A stretch of 64,000 nucleotides of DNA from Eledone cirrhosa (Eukaryota). Within the stretch, counting starts at the first letter, position 1. The number at the start of each line of letters is the position of its first letter. A model generated the notes under the pieces. The model made no database searches, had not been told where the DNA came from, and saw nothing but the letters and a program-made list of their open reading frames with translations. The position numbers and the translations under genes were made by a program. The stretch covers positions 13,330,001-13,394,000 of the forward strand of contig OZ024750.1 of NCBI GenBank assembly GCA_964016885.1. The letters are read 5' to 3'. This document shows positions 1-13,187 of this stretch, in pieces.

Positions 1-98
1 TTCTTGTACTACGTTCCTGATCATAACATCTGTTAATTATCCTCCCCCCGTCACCACCACTACCAGCGATTCTTTCTTGAGACATTCTAACCATATGC

Positions 99-330
99 TT
101 ATAGTATCGGAGCTGTGATCTCTACCTTGAGTCGCTCTCTGATCTCTGAGCTACACACTCTAAGGAGTAACATTACTCCAAAGAACCTTCGAGGGAACCC
201 TATTTCGGCCGCTTGTATTCGCGATCGTATTATTTCGGTCACTGCCCAAGATTCATGTCTATAGGTAAGGGTTGGCACGAATACCGAATTGAAGATAGCG
301 AGTTTGGCTTTTACACCTACCTTCCTTCTT
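99..330 (-). mobile_element. RTE-clade LINE remnant (post-RT C-terminal region)
   Basis: Translation AKLAIFNSVFVPTLTYRHESWAVT..RIQAAEIGFPRR..SSEIRERL resembles the RTE ORF2 C-terminal motif (P.L.YG.E.W...E..F.RR). A homologous piece lies at 59172-59460. Confidence 0.7.
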
Positions 331-3112
331 CTGGTTTCTGAACCCTGAAGCTGGCGCAATTACTGCACCAGCTCCTGCAACTCTTGTTGATTTGTGTTTT
401 TGACAAGTAGGTAAGTAGATGCAGGCATGGCTTGGCAACCATGAAGCTATTTGCCTAGTTCCACTAAGTAATATCTTAGACAAGTGTTTTGGGGCATAGT
501 TTAGAGTCGACCCGAACCTATCAGTGAAATTGGGTAGACAGAATCTGTGAAAGGCCGTCGGATGAATTGTCCAGCCTTGTCACATGCTGTGTCAATAGTG
601 TTTCTGTTTGAGAATACCCTTACATGTTAGATTTAGGAGTAGGACAATCAGTTGATAGAACAATTGATTGCTCTTTGTCGAAACCAGATATGTAAGTCTC
701 TTTTATTCATCAATATAATGTATATAAAATGTACTCGTTCACATATCCACGACTATTTGAGCTATATGAATCTAAAAGAAAATTGTAGATTTTAAATATT
801 TTTCCAATGTTGAAACATCTTTCGATATATGGTAGAGGTAAATAATCCCCTAATACTACTTTTATCGCTTCTGGGAAGATAAACTTCTCTAAGTTTGCCA
901 TCCACCGATACTCCGTGGCTTTCAGACGAAATTGGATTTTTTTATTATGTTTTCCTCTTTTTTTTTTATTTATTACTGTGTGTGGGGGGGGGGGGTGTAC
1001 GTACACGTACGTGCTGCATCAAACCAGTATGTAGGTGGATCCACCTACTCAATCCCAGAATTTCCAAATATTTGGTTATTTCTGTGAGTGAAATAAAATA
1101 TCAAGACTGACTCATCCAACCTAGTCAATAGCAATGATGTCTCACCTTGTCTAAAAGATATAAGAATCACTAATTGTTTGCATTAATTAGTTTATACCTG
1201 TCCTCGTGATTAGTTTTGCATATCTGACAAAATATATATGTGCTATTATTGATATATCGATATGATGTTTTGGGGAGCTGGGCCACTGACAACGAAGTTC
1301 TTGTCATTGGTGGTGACTCGCCTTACCGATGAATCAGGTGATATCCCGAAAAGTTGAAAGGCGATGTCGACCTTGCCAACATTTGAACTCAGAACAAAGC
1401 ACCACAGGAGAAAATGCTGTAATAGATTTAAGCCAGCACTCTACTTTATTCATGCACAGCTAAGAAAATACTTGTATGTGTGTGTTTCTCTTGTTATAAG
1501 TAGGTTTTGTGTGTTGTCTACCATCTATCTGTTTGCTGGCCAATGAAAGCAGATACGTGAGTAAGCAAGCATAAGCTAAAAATATTTGAAGCTGAAAACG
1601 TCTAAAAACATGGATGCTGTTATATCCTGTTTAGAAAAAGGCCACATCAGATAGGTCAAGAAGAAATAGGAGGTCATAATTAAGTTAGCAGCTAATAAAT
1701 AACTTTTAAATAAACAGGCAAGCAGATAACTATGAAGTTTGGGACAATCAGATGGCTACTGTAATGAAAGCTTCGAGCTATTTCCCCGCTATTACATGCA
1801 TGCCCTATACATGTAGTGGCGGAGGGGTGAGGCATAGCTAAGAATGGACGAATACATTAGTGAATGGAAACTAAAATATTTCTCCTCGTTTCGAATATTA
1901 TTTGCAGCCTACACAAGATGGAAAAGTAATAATCTGTTATCAAAACATACTAAGTATATTTCAGCCGGCTGAAAGCGGTCTGTTCGTTATCTTCTCCTAC
2001 CTTATCACACAGTGATGTTGAGGTTTTACTGAAGGGATTCGTAATGGCTGTGGTTATTCGTAAATAGTTGTAGGTGTGGCATTACTTGCTATCAGTTGTT
2101 GGTACTTGCTACTAGTCATGTTATTGGGAGGAAAACATCAATTTCACAACTTTTATTCCATTTCTCTATAAATCTATTACTTCATACATCTCTAGAAATA
2201 AGTTATTGCTATTGTTGTAGTGGTGATTGTTAGCGTTTGTAGTTGTAGTAGTAACAAAAACAACAACCACAGTAGGCATCTGTTGCTAGCAAAAACTAGA
2301 AAGTATTTGGTTTCATAAATCCAAGGTATGTCTTTGAAAAGAATTCGCTTTATTCAAATAACAATAATGTTATTGCTGTTGGTGGTGGTAAAATTGGTTA
2401 CCATCGTAACTAAATGTATTTCCCATTGCTCTCTACTGTAACATGATCAAAAGAAGGCTGACTGTTTAGTTCACTACAGCAATACTGATAACTTTCTGAA
2501 GTCATAAAAATACTTTTATTCGTAAAAAGTCTGTAGTAACGTTAAAGCCAGCTTAAGAATTTTACACCCTACTAAGCACAGAAAAAATGGTGGAGCCCCT
2601 TTTTTATGGGTCCTAGTTCAGCTGCAGCGTTGTACCATTGTCCATTGTAAATCCGGCACTGGTAAAAAACACTATAGGGCTCCTTTTTGCTTGAAGCTCT
2701 AAGCATAGGTTTATATTGTTTCATGGCTAACCCAGGGCCAAGTAACTTCTTACGCAAACCAGGTGAAGTTTTGGAAAATATATGGGCATCGTGTCCAGTT
2801 TAGAATACCAATTTCCATCACTGGTTACATGCATCTAAAAAATGTCATCGAAATTCAATAAAATCCTTGTTTAAACCAAATGAACGATGGTCAACAGTCA
2901 GAGACTAATAACAGTTAGCACAAAGCTTGAAATTTGGTGGGGGAAGGAGGAGGAAAGTCGATTACATCGACTCCAGTAGTTGAGTGGTACTCTTGATAAA
3001 ATAAAGTACCAGTCAAGAATTTAAGGTTCGTGTACTCTCCTTACTTTTTCGTCCAAAATTGTTGGCCTTCTGCTTAAATCAAAAACTACTATTATTATCA
3101 TCAACAGGGCAA

Positions 3113-3325
3113 TGGATTGGCAGAATCGTTAGAGCGGCAGACGTTTTGTGACATAGAGTTACATCCCTTTACGTTCTGAGTTCAAATCCCACCCACCGAA
3201 GTTAACTTTGCTTTTCATCCTTATGGGATCGATAAAACAAAGTACCAGTAACGCACTCGAGTCGATTTAATTTACTTTCTCTTCCACCCTAAATTGTTGG
3301 CCTTGTACTTAAATCAGAAACCATT
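3113..3325 (+). mobile_element. tRNA-derived SINE copy (main family)
   Basis: A-box-like TGGCAGAATCG, B box GAGTTCAAATCC, core TTTCATCCTTAYGGGRTCGATAAAA, shared 3' tail. Confidence 0.85.
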
Positions 3326-3458
3326 TGTATAATAGTAATAATAATTGTTTCTACTTTTGGCACAAAGCCAGCAATTATCCCAATAAAGTACCAGTAAAGC
3401 ACTGGGGTAATTGTTGGCCTTGTGCCAAAAGTAGAAACAATTATTACACAAAGGGTGC

Positions 3459-3646
3459 TGGATTGGCAGTATCGGTAGAGGGTCGGGCGGCATGCTTTGA
3501 CGCATAGAGTTAACGGCCCTTGCCATTCTGAGTTCAAATCCCGCCGAGGTAAACTTTACCTTTCATCCTTACGGAGTCGATAAAATAAAGTACCAGTAAT
3601 GCACTGGGTAATTGCTGGCCTTGTGCCAAAAGTAGAAACAATTATT
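3459..3646 (+). mobile_element. tRNA-derived SINE copy (main family)
   Basis: GGATTGGCAGTATCGGTAGAGGGTCGG..GAGTTCAAATCCCGCCGAGG..GTGCCAAAAGTAGAAACAATTATT. Confidence 0.9.
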
Positions 3647-3805
3647 ACACACTATTTTTGATAGGTATATATTTATTTTTTGACAGTGTTTTTAATGAAC
3701 ATCAAAATGATTTCCAGCAGGTAAGGAATTCTGGCAAGTGTGACGGAACCACTCTAAGCAGTAAAGTAGCTGGTACCAACCGCTTGTTTCTATTCTAGTA
3801 CTTTT

Positions 3806-3807
<2 letters not shown>

Positions 3808-3861
<54 letters not shown>

Positions 3862-4027
3862 TAGTGAAACGTGATACGATGCAATGCTTGTTTTACGCAG
3901 CTTATTTCGGTCGGATTGTTTAGAGATAGCAAAAGATTTCGCTCAACACTTCAAGACGCAATAAGATCCACAGTGTTTATCAGTAAATTGCAGCTAGCCA
4001 ATGTCTTTGTATAACGGCTCTTTCTTC

Positions 4028-4090
<63 letters not shown>

Positions 4091-4277
4091 CGAGAGAGCG
4101 AGAGAGAGAGAGAGACAACAAAAAAGATAAACCTATATCTATCTACCTATAAATATGTGTGTGGATAGATATAGGTTTGTCCTTTTTGTTGTTGCTCTCT
4201 CTCTCTCTCTCATATATATATATAGGTGTCTGTATATATATATATATAAATAGGTGTGTGTATATATATATATCTAC

Positions 4278-4309
<32 letters not shown>

Positions 4310-4500
4310 CTATATATATATACCTATATATATATACACCTATATATATATACACCTATATATATATACCTATATATATATATACACCTATATATATATA
4401 CCTATATATATATATATATATACACCTATATATATATATATATATACACCTATATATATATATATATATATACACCTATATATATATATATATATATACA

Positions 4501-4549
<49 letters not shown>

Positions 4550-4790
4550 CTATATATACATACACCGATATATACATACACCTATATATCCACCTATATA
4601 TATATATATGTGTGTGTGTGTGGGGATAGATATAGGTTTATCTTTTTTGCTGCTGTCTATCTCTATTGCCTTTTTCTTTCACCCACTCGTCTCTTATCTA
4701 TTTAACTCTAGGTTGTCTTAGGCATCCCCCCCCCCCCACGCACACACACACACACACACAGACACACACACACACACACACACACACTTC
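3808..4790. repeat. Microsatellite cluster: (GA)n, (TA)n, (TA)n interrupted by CACC/CC, (CA)n
   Basis: Directly visible; explains the YI-repeat ORFs at 4159-4721. Confidence 0.95.
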
Positions 4791-6520
4791 TTTCTCTTTA
4801 AGCATATTTTTCTCTTCCGTATATCCTGCAATGCATTTACAGTTCTATTTGTACGTTCGCTGATGAAGGTTTCAAGTAATTGCAGATTTGTGTAGATATT
4901 TTGCTGCCAGAGACATAGTGTGTCTATTGAAAATAGATATATTGTTTATGCATTTCTTTCAATAATGCATCGTACATTTATTTTTTAGTGCGTCTTTGAA
5001 AGTGTAGAGATTATGTTCAGGTGTCTCTTCGTATGTTTTTCTATGTGGATTGTAACCGTTCACCTGATTGATTCAGATCGATCAGATGAACAGACACACT
5101 CTACCTCTCTTCATCACACACACATATACTCTCTCTCTCTCTATCTATCTATCTATTCGCTCTCTCAAGAAGAAGAAGAAGAAGAAGAAATCGGCAGAGT
5201 TCAAACCCTGTGAGGAGGTGGTCTCCACCAGGTTTAAAGTGCCTAAAGCGGTATATGACATAACATAACTTCACTATCAGTTACAGGTCCATAATGTATA
5301 TTTGTTGTCTGTCTGGCCACGAGAATAATTCCTCCACAAATCAGAAGAAAGTACCATGTAACATTTGATAAATGCTTTGCTCTATAACTCGCCCATGTAT
5401 ATTATGGCTAGCAAACCTAATAGACTTCATCAGGTTTACTAGCTAACATCAACGGAGACAAAACATATTATCTTAATACTTAAATATTATACTTTCTTAT
5501 CGCTTAAAATAACTCTAGTGCGCATCTCTTAACAGATTTAATGGTCTCTCTAACTAATATAATTGTATTGTACATTCGTAAATATTATAAAAAGTTTTTA
5601 ATTGCCTAGAAGTAGTATCCTTTTTTCGTGGTATTCAGCACAACAGACATAATACTACTTCAATTAAGATACAATAATATATATTTTCTCCAATTAGTGG
5701 CAGGAAATATTGTGTTGGAAGGCTTTCTTATACATTTGTCCATGTATAGATAACCTTCCTGTTGGCAGTTTTAGTTTCTTAAGCTAAATTTAAATGAACA
5801 TTGCTATGAAATCCGGCAAGAACTTGATACCATTTTTGTAAAAGAAGACCAGCTACAAGAAATCGGCGTTGTTTTGTTTCCTCTCTTTATTAATATTTTT
5901 ATGAATTAACAAAGGAAAAACAAAAGAATGGTAGATACGGCTGTATGGGAAAGTAGAGGGAAGGGCTATAAACACCATAAATAAGAGGAAAAGAAGGAAG
6001 GGCCAAGGACTTTTGAGCCACAGAGCCAGAAATGGAGGGTTAAGGGGAAAGGGTGATTGGCTCTGGGTCTAAAGCAGGGCGGTGTTGAACTGGGATTTTA
6101 ATCGGCATAATCAATATTAATGTTTTGATAGGGCGGTGGATTGGCAGTATCAGTTGAGCGCCGGACAACATTCTTTGTAGCAGAGAGTTACGGCCCTTTA
6201 TGATCTGAGTTCAAATCTCGCCAAGATTAGCTTTGCCTTTCATCCTTACGATGAACAATTGGACAATTTAGTTGTAGTGATTAGTATTCTTTCCCTAGAC
6301 ATATCACCAATTTTTATTTTATTTTATTTAGTTAGAGAGACATCAGAAGAGGTTGAACACCGCACTGACTTTCAGTAACTCGTTATTTCTCTGTTTCTGT
6401 TGACTTTGTTGTCCTTCCACTGTTTCTAAACTAAACATTCATTGAAAGAAAACTTTATCGACTATAGCACACTCTACACATCTGTGGCCTTGTGACAATT
6501 TAAAATATCAATATTTTATA

Positions 6521-6910
6521 GATTGGCAGTATCGGTAGAGGGTCAGACGCCATGTTTTGCAACATAGAGTTACGGCCCTTTATGATCTGCGTTCAAATCC
6601 CGCCGAGGTTAACTTAACCTTTCATCCTTACGAGGTCGATAAAATAAAGTACCGGTAACACACTGGAGTCGATTTAATCGACTTTCCCTCCCCCAAAATT
6701 GCTGGTTTTGTACCTATATAAGAAACCATTGGCAGTATCGGTAGAGGGTCGGACGCCATGCTTTGCAGCACAGTTACGTCCCTTTACGGACTGAGTTCAA
6801 ATCCCGCCGAGGTTAACTTTGCCTTTCATCCTTACGGGGTCGATAAAATAAAGTACCAGTAATACACTGGCATAATTGCTGGCCTTGTGCCAAAAGTAGA
6901 AACCATTATT
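6521..6910 (+). mobile_element. Two tandem SINE copies (main family); a truncated copy also lies at 6136-6250
   Basis: Repeated A box/B box/core/tail. Confidence 0.9.
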
Positions 6911-7327
6911 ATAATCGGCATAATCAATATTAATGTTTTGATAACATTTACTTTATCAACCCTGAAAAGAAGAAGGACAACGATAGATGCTGTAAATAAT
7001 CCCAATTTCTCTATATTTACTCTACCAGTTTTACCAATGTTTGCTATTTTCCAGGTTTAATCAGTCTAAATGTTATTAACAGCTGTCTTCGCAAACGTAA
7101 ACTAGTTATGCCACAATTATTTCTAGTTATTAATTTGGGTTTTCTTTGACACACTTACCTGGTTCTTCTACAGAACATATTCTTCTGATTAGAATGTATG
7201 TTTAATGGTAAGGTTCAGGAATAGATTACAATAACAAAACACATCATGTAATTTTTTAAAGATCTGCTGTAACAAACATTTCTGGCAGCAAACAAAAAAA
7301 AAACATCAAATGAGACACGGTTAAGAT

Positions 7328-7542
7328 AATGGTTTCTGATTTAGGCACAAGACCAACAATTTGGGGGGACAGAGAACAGTCGATTAAATGGGACCCAGTG
7401 CTTACTGCTACTTTATTTTATCGACCCAGTAAAGATAAAAGATAAAGCTAACTTCGGTGGAAATTTGAACTCAGTACGTAAAGGCTCGTAACTCTATGCC
7501 GCGAAGCATGTTGTCCGACGCTCTACCGATACTGCCAATCTA
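7328..7542 (-). mobile_element. SINE copy (main family)
   Basis: Reverse complement of the family consensus (TTTGAACTCAG, CTACCGATACTGCCAATC). Confidence 0.85.
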
Positions 7543-7544
7543 CC

Positions 7545-7622
<78 letters not shown>

Positions 7623-8974
7623 CCCGGACCAGGTGATGCGTTATGTCCTTGAGCAAGATACTTTATTTCACGTTGCTCCTTCTGCCTGGAGTTGCGACCG
7701 ATAGATAGTATTAGCAATTGGAAAGACCAATGGAAACATTGCTTCCTCGATCCGATTTGACGAAAGTCGATCGACTATATATATATATATATAAATATAT
7801 ATATGAGAGAAAGAGGAAAGGAGGGTGATGGCTAAAGAGTTTCAGCCAGCTGAAATTATTAAATGTGAATGACAAAAAAAAAAAAAAAAAAAAAGGTTCT
7901 TGATAGAGGATGATCAAGTGGAAAAATGTGATTTAGATATGGAATAGATTTATATGTAATGATTTCTAAGAGAGAGAATTGATTCAGCACACCAAATATA
8001 CTATCATTTGTGGCACTTTCTGTGTGTTTAATATATCGTAGGATTGTATATTTTTATTGTTTTTGTAACTAGATATCGACCTAACACGAAGTAATTATCA
8101 GAAATAATATAAATAATAGCCAGATGGTTGTTATATCTTAACAGTTGTCTTGAGAGTAGCCTGCTTAACGGATCCTTTACAATACTCTACAATAGTGAAC
8201 GGATTAGCTATTGGGCTCTTGATATTTACTTCATTATCTGAACTAGTTTTTTTTTTCCACCGTTCTTTATCATTCACAGCTGGAACGATCAAATTACATC
8301 AATTCCAAATTCACTGAGATAACAAAGCTGAAAAGGTTAGTTGAATGTTCACGCATTATGACGATTTAGTTAGAAAAAAGACACACATACCACCAAAAGA
8401 CCTGTGATGTTTCACAGAAGGCAGTGGTACTTAACAACCGGAAAGGAGATCTGAATACACATTCTAAAATATGAACTGTAGTCAATAAATAGCGAGTCAG
8501 ATTTGATACTTAATGTTTCCGAGTTCGAATTCTGCTAAGACTGAATTTGCTTTTCAGACATCGGAAGAAAATATCAGCAATTTTCTCAATTTTGTTCATT
8601 ACTGCTACTTAATTAGTAGATTGTAATCAGATGAAAGGTAATGGATGGAGAATTTTTTGCTTGATAGATCCACGCAGCTTATATATAGCTGACATATTCA
8701 AATTATTATACTTCACACACATTTTGACTATATGCTTGCTTCAGCGATATTCTGAAAATATTCATAACACCAACGGAAAAGTAGATTTGATCATGTCATT
8801 CTCAAAACATGTAGAGTGGAATCTACTCATGGTAGCAACAAACACTGATATGAAGTCTTTCTGTATCCCTTGCCTCCATTTACAATTTCTATAAATACTT
8901 CTAAATTAGATAACGGGCTTTGAAACGTTAAATATTCTTCCCTTGTGACATCTCATTAAACTATATATATATAT

Positions 8975-9202
8975 GTGTGTGTTAAGTATTTCCGAAGAAA
9001 AAGCAAAGGAGGAAAAAAGAGTGCTCTATGTATAGAACAGAGCTATTTAATTAGAAAGTGAACACAATATATAACTACTCCATTACCAAAGGTTTCAGGA
9101 CCCAAGACAATATTAATATATGTCTAGTTCGCTCATCAGATAGCTGTCTAGACATATGTTAATATTGTCTTTGGTAATGGAGTAGTTATATATTGTGTTC
9201 AC

Positions 9203-9210
<8 letters not shown>
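8975..9210 (-). mobile_element. Fold-back Penelope-like (pLTR) remnant, family A, with hammerhead core
   Basis: Inverted arms about 9050-9127 / 9148-9210, flanked by (TA)n/(TG)n. The minus strand has CTGATGA...GAAACCTTTGGTA. A relative lies at 51961-52205. Confidence 0.6.
9080..9143 (-). ncRNA. Hammerhead ribozyme-like motif (type I)
   Basis: CUAU-CUGAUGA-stem II(..AGACA/UGUCU..)-GAAAC CUUUG GUA|AUGG; stem I is short. Confidence 0.5.
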
Positions 9211-9232
<22 letters not shown>

Positions 9233-9238
<6 letters not shown>

Positions 9239-9645
9239 GAGGTGAGTTTTATTGTAGTACAATAAAGCAATGCAGATATCGGATAAGAAGCACTCTACAG
9301 TTTGTAGGACTGGAGTATACATAATATAAGATCAAAAGATGGTTAAAGGAGTTCCATGTATTTTATTATGCGCATTTCAAAAACAAACATCATCATGCAA
9401 TAATATTTGTGTTTTCATCAGATAAAACAGGAGAACATGATATGAAGGCTAAAAAACACTTGTGGATAGTGCAGTTGATTTAAAACAGTTGATTTAAAAC
9501 TGCACTATCCACAAGTGTTTTTTAGCCTTCATATCATGTTCTCCTGTTTTATCTGATGAAAACACAAATATTATTGCATGATGATGTTTGTTTTTGAAAT
9601 GCGCATAATAAAATACATGGAACTCCTTTAACCATCTTTTGATCT

Positions 9646-9653
<8 letters not shown>
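9233..9653 (-). mobile_element. Fold-back Penelope-like (pLTR) remnant, family B: unique tail plus 156-bp inverted arms
   Basis: Arms 9321-9476 and 9498-9653 read as exact reverse complements, with (TA)n on both sides. Relatives at 43051-43243 and 51671-51735. Confidence 0.7.
9545..9615 (+). ncRNA. Hammerhead ribozyme (minimal type I, palindromic stem III); mirror copy on the minus strand at 9359-9429
   Basis: UGUUUUAU-CUGAUGA-stem II(ACAAA../..UUUGU)-GAA AUGCGCAU A|AUAAAAUA. Confidence 0.7.
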
Positions 9654-9700
<47 letters not shown>

Positions 9701-10169
9701 GATTTCTACGATAAAGATTCAACCTTGTTGAAACCACTAAATGTCTACAGTAAGTCTCGGTCGACTTTCGTGAATACGCCGATCAAACTTCAACCAATGT
9801 AGTCATTAGTTAGCATATAGAATTATTTTGACGGCTGGAATCAAATCGAAAGTGTTCCATTGTTTCAACCATCGATATTCCCAGACGATAGTCACGCTAT
9901 AATATTTATTCAGTAGATGAACGAAACATACCTTTAATTTGACATCACACTTGAGAAAGGAACCCCTGTGAGGTGGAGTAGCTGTTGCAGTGGTTGTCAC
10001 TGGTCATTCTCCGCCATTTTATCCGTGGGGTGCAGTTAAAACACAACTCAGACTGGGGTGTAGAGCATGTAGCTCCCTCCCCGTCTTCCTTTCTTTTGTT
10101 GCTTAATTCTCTTTTTTTCTCTTACTCTTGTTCTTGCCATGTATATTATACAGTTTTTTTTTACTAGAC

Positions 10170-10440
10170 CAATTACATCAATTGTCAAGTCAAGAGTACT
10201 CAAACTATACGGTCATATAAAAATATCGACTCGTGGTGTGAATAGGTTGTGCCTGGAAGGAAGGTTGGCTGATAAGAGAAGCAGAGGCTGGCAGCCAAAA
10301 GGATGGTTTGATAATGTCAACCTATGGACTGGACTTGATCTTTGCTCTTTAAACTCTGCTGCTGGTGATCGAACTTTGTGGATAAAAATATCTCATGTTG
10401 ATGCACAGTCTACAACTGGCAGAGTTTAGCGTCAGCCAAA
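10170..10440 (+). mobile_element. RTE-like LINE 3' remnant
   Basis: SIVKSRVLKLYGHI..EGRLADKRSRGWQPKGWFDNV resembles the RTE C-terminal L..YGH..G.R.RGR..W.D motif. Confidence 0.6.
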
Positions 10441-11137
10441 GTAGTATTTTGTATTACAATAGATTCTGTTTTATATTAAGAATGAAAATAAACAATATAA
10501 AAACTGTTTTGTTTTTTTCAGTCTTGTCAAGAGAAGGTAGTTGATGAAGGTAGGACAGTGAATCACGAACTCTAGTTCTCTATTCAAGTGAAAGGAGAAT
10601 GACAGTTAAGTTTGATCAGTAATAAAACCTTTCATTTCCATTACTGATAACTTAGGGAAATACATAAATATCATTATATCTCATGTCCTCTTTTCAAAAC
10701 CTCACGTTTTGTGCTGATGTAAAAATATATAATTACTCTTGAAATGTTAAAAAGATAATAAACGAAAGGATTTAAATAAGTTTCTAGCAACATTGAATAT
10801 TATATCTTAAGGTTGTCACCATAGAGCCATGTGGTTCTACAGTTTTCTCTTATCAGTTTAGGTACCGCCTATTTAAATACGAGTCTACTTTTTTCCCTCC
10901 TTTTGTGCCAGTCTGAAGATTTCGGAAATATTAGGATAGTGTTTAGAAATCATTCTGTGGAATCTTTATGATGATGATGGTGCCTCATTTATATTGCGCA
11001 GTTACTCTTCTGTTCACTAATATAACAAAGTTTAGAAAATAATATTCAGTCAGTCATTGAAAATGGTATTTTTGAAACCCAAGACGGACGAAAATTTCCT
11101 AACAACTGGTGATAACATGTTCTATATTATCTACATA

Positions 11138-11420
11138 GTGGCTCTGAGGTATTCGTTCCAGCTCTCTGCTGCCTGAGTTCAAATCCCGCCGAGGTCAATT
11201 TTGCCTTTCATCTTTTCGAGGTCGATAAGAAAAAGTACTAGTACTAGTACTGGAGCCGATTCTTCCTCTGTATCTCTTTTTCACTTCCTCTCTCTCACAC
11301 TACTTATTCTTCTCTGGAATAAATTTACTCTATTCAGACCTGCAGAAGAATGGGCTCTACCAGGCTAAAAATGCCTGAGAAACGCCGCCATCACGACTCC
11401 ATCAAGAGTTACTGAACCAT
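11138..11420 (+). mobile_element. SINE variant with an alternative 3' tail
   Basis: B box and core followed by a tail (TTCTTCCTCTGTATCTCT..ACGACTCCATCA) shared with 46067-46222 and 58390-58683(-). Confidence 0.7.
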
Positions 11421-13187
11421 ACATTATATATATATATTTGTATGACCATTACTAATTAGTACTGCATAAAATGTTGAAAGTTACTGGGAATAGATTAGAA
11501 GAGATGGGTCTATGTTAAAAATAATTAGGACAATGTTTTTAACGAATTACTCTTAGTGGCCAAAGGAGTTTTACTGATTTGCAAGGAATCTCAGCAACAA
11601 CACAGAGCGGATTGTATTTTTGACATTTTTATAACTTCTCATTCTTTCTGAAAGTTGGTGAGATAGTTATGGCTGTTTAGCCCTAGGTCAGCACTGATAC
11701 AGCAGATCTATGATCAACGGCATCCAGCCATGTCCATACCACCGTTTTTTTTTGTTGCTGTTTGCTTGATATTTTATATCTAAGACTACATCATGGAATA
11801 TGTTCTTCCACTTTTTAAGGCAGTAGGGTGCTACTCCTAGCAAATTGGAGAACCACTTGGATGTTCACTCGTAGGCTACAAACAAGGAGGGATTAAGTTT
11901 GCATGGGGCCCCTGGTTAAAAATCTTATCTGGAGCGTATTATTTAAGGTAGCAAAAAATTAATTTAAGAGCCCTGGCTATACCGTCGGCTCCTCTTCCTT
12001 TAATCCGCCATTGCCATGATGTGTATGGAAGTTGAATATTTTAATAGAGAGACATCCAAATACCGAGTTTTGACCGATTGCTTCCCTTTCGTGTCACTCT
12101 CCGTTGAGATTTCTGATGTCTTTGGTCCCTGAACTGATGTTTTTCTCCACAAAATTAGGTAGAGCGCATCCCACCTGAAGAAGAGGTCCCATGATGTGCA
12201 GTGGTTGATGTAGCGAGTATTGCTGGTTGTTCTCTGCTGCAATGTTTTCACCATATTGTTAACAGGATGAAGGTGAGATATACTACCAAGATTAATCTGT
12301 AGAGTCTGTCGCTCCCTCTTTTACTTTTATTATTCATTATTCAATATTTTTTTATTGCAAAAATTCTATAATTTAGTTAAATAAAATTATCATGACAAGT
12401 TTAGTTTATACTTTGAAATAGTTTTTACTCTTATATTTCAACATAATTTAAAACATCAAACTAAACACTCACTGCTAAATAGCAAGTCAGACAACGTAAA
12501 ATATAGTTCAGCAGAAAGACTAAGCCAGGATAAAATTCTTGGCTGGTTATCATAAGGTTGAAGAGAATATATAAACTAGCACCATGATTTGATAACCAAA
12601 CTGACATATTGCCAGAATGAAAGGAAGAATTCAGTAGGAATATTTATCCTTTTCTGTTTCAGAAAGTAACTCAGCCTATAGGACTTAGGCATGCAAAGGT
12701 ACTGAATAGATAAGTTTATTCTTTCCTATAAGCATGGGCATAAATATCACTACTGAATCAGGTGGACCTCAGACTAAATTGATGTAATGATATAGATACT
12801 GTAAAATATATAGTATAGATCTTTATTTCCTGTAATATATATATAATAATGAAAATTATTGTGTACAGTGCTCAGGTGCACAACTCATCAAAGGTGCATG
12901 TATAGTATATAGAGTAATGTATAGAGTCATGATATACACACAGACACACATATATATATAAAGTCTGCAGGGTTGAGACCAGGGAGACTACAAATCAGAG
13001 GAGTTCCCTATGCATGGTAAAAACAGAGTGGGTATAGAGAAAGGTAAAAGAACTCGACCACAACACCTAACAGTTTCAGCTTGTATTCAACAAACCTTTT
13101 CAAGGGTTTAACATCATTTAGTGAGTGTTAGATTGTTTATTTAGTAATGTTCCCCTGTATACACATACATTCATCATCATAATTTAA

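Noticed and set aside
3459-3550. tRNA gene (A and B boxes)
   Set aside because: No cloverleaf; it is the head of a multicopy SINE
4159-4721. 150-aa YI-rich ORFs
   Set aside because: Translations of (TA)n microsatellite
5420-5440. CTGATGAAG on the minus strand as a hammerhead
   Set aside because: No downstream GAAA or closing stems
9740-9805. GAAAGTCGAC hammerhead-like half next to (TA)n (similar at 7760-7775 and 13060-13100)
   Set aside because: CUGANGA core too degenerate to call
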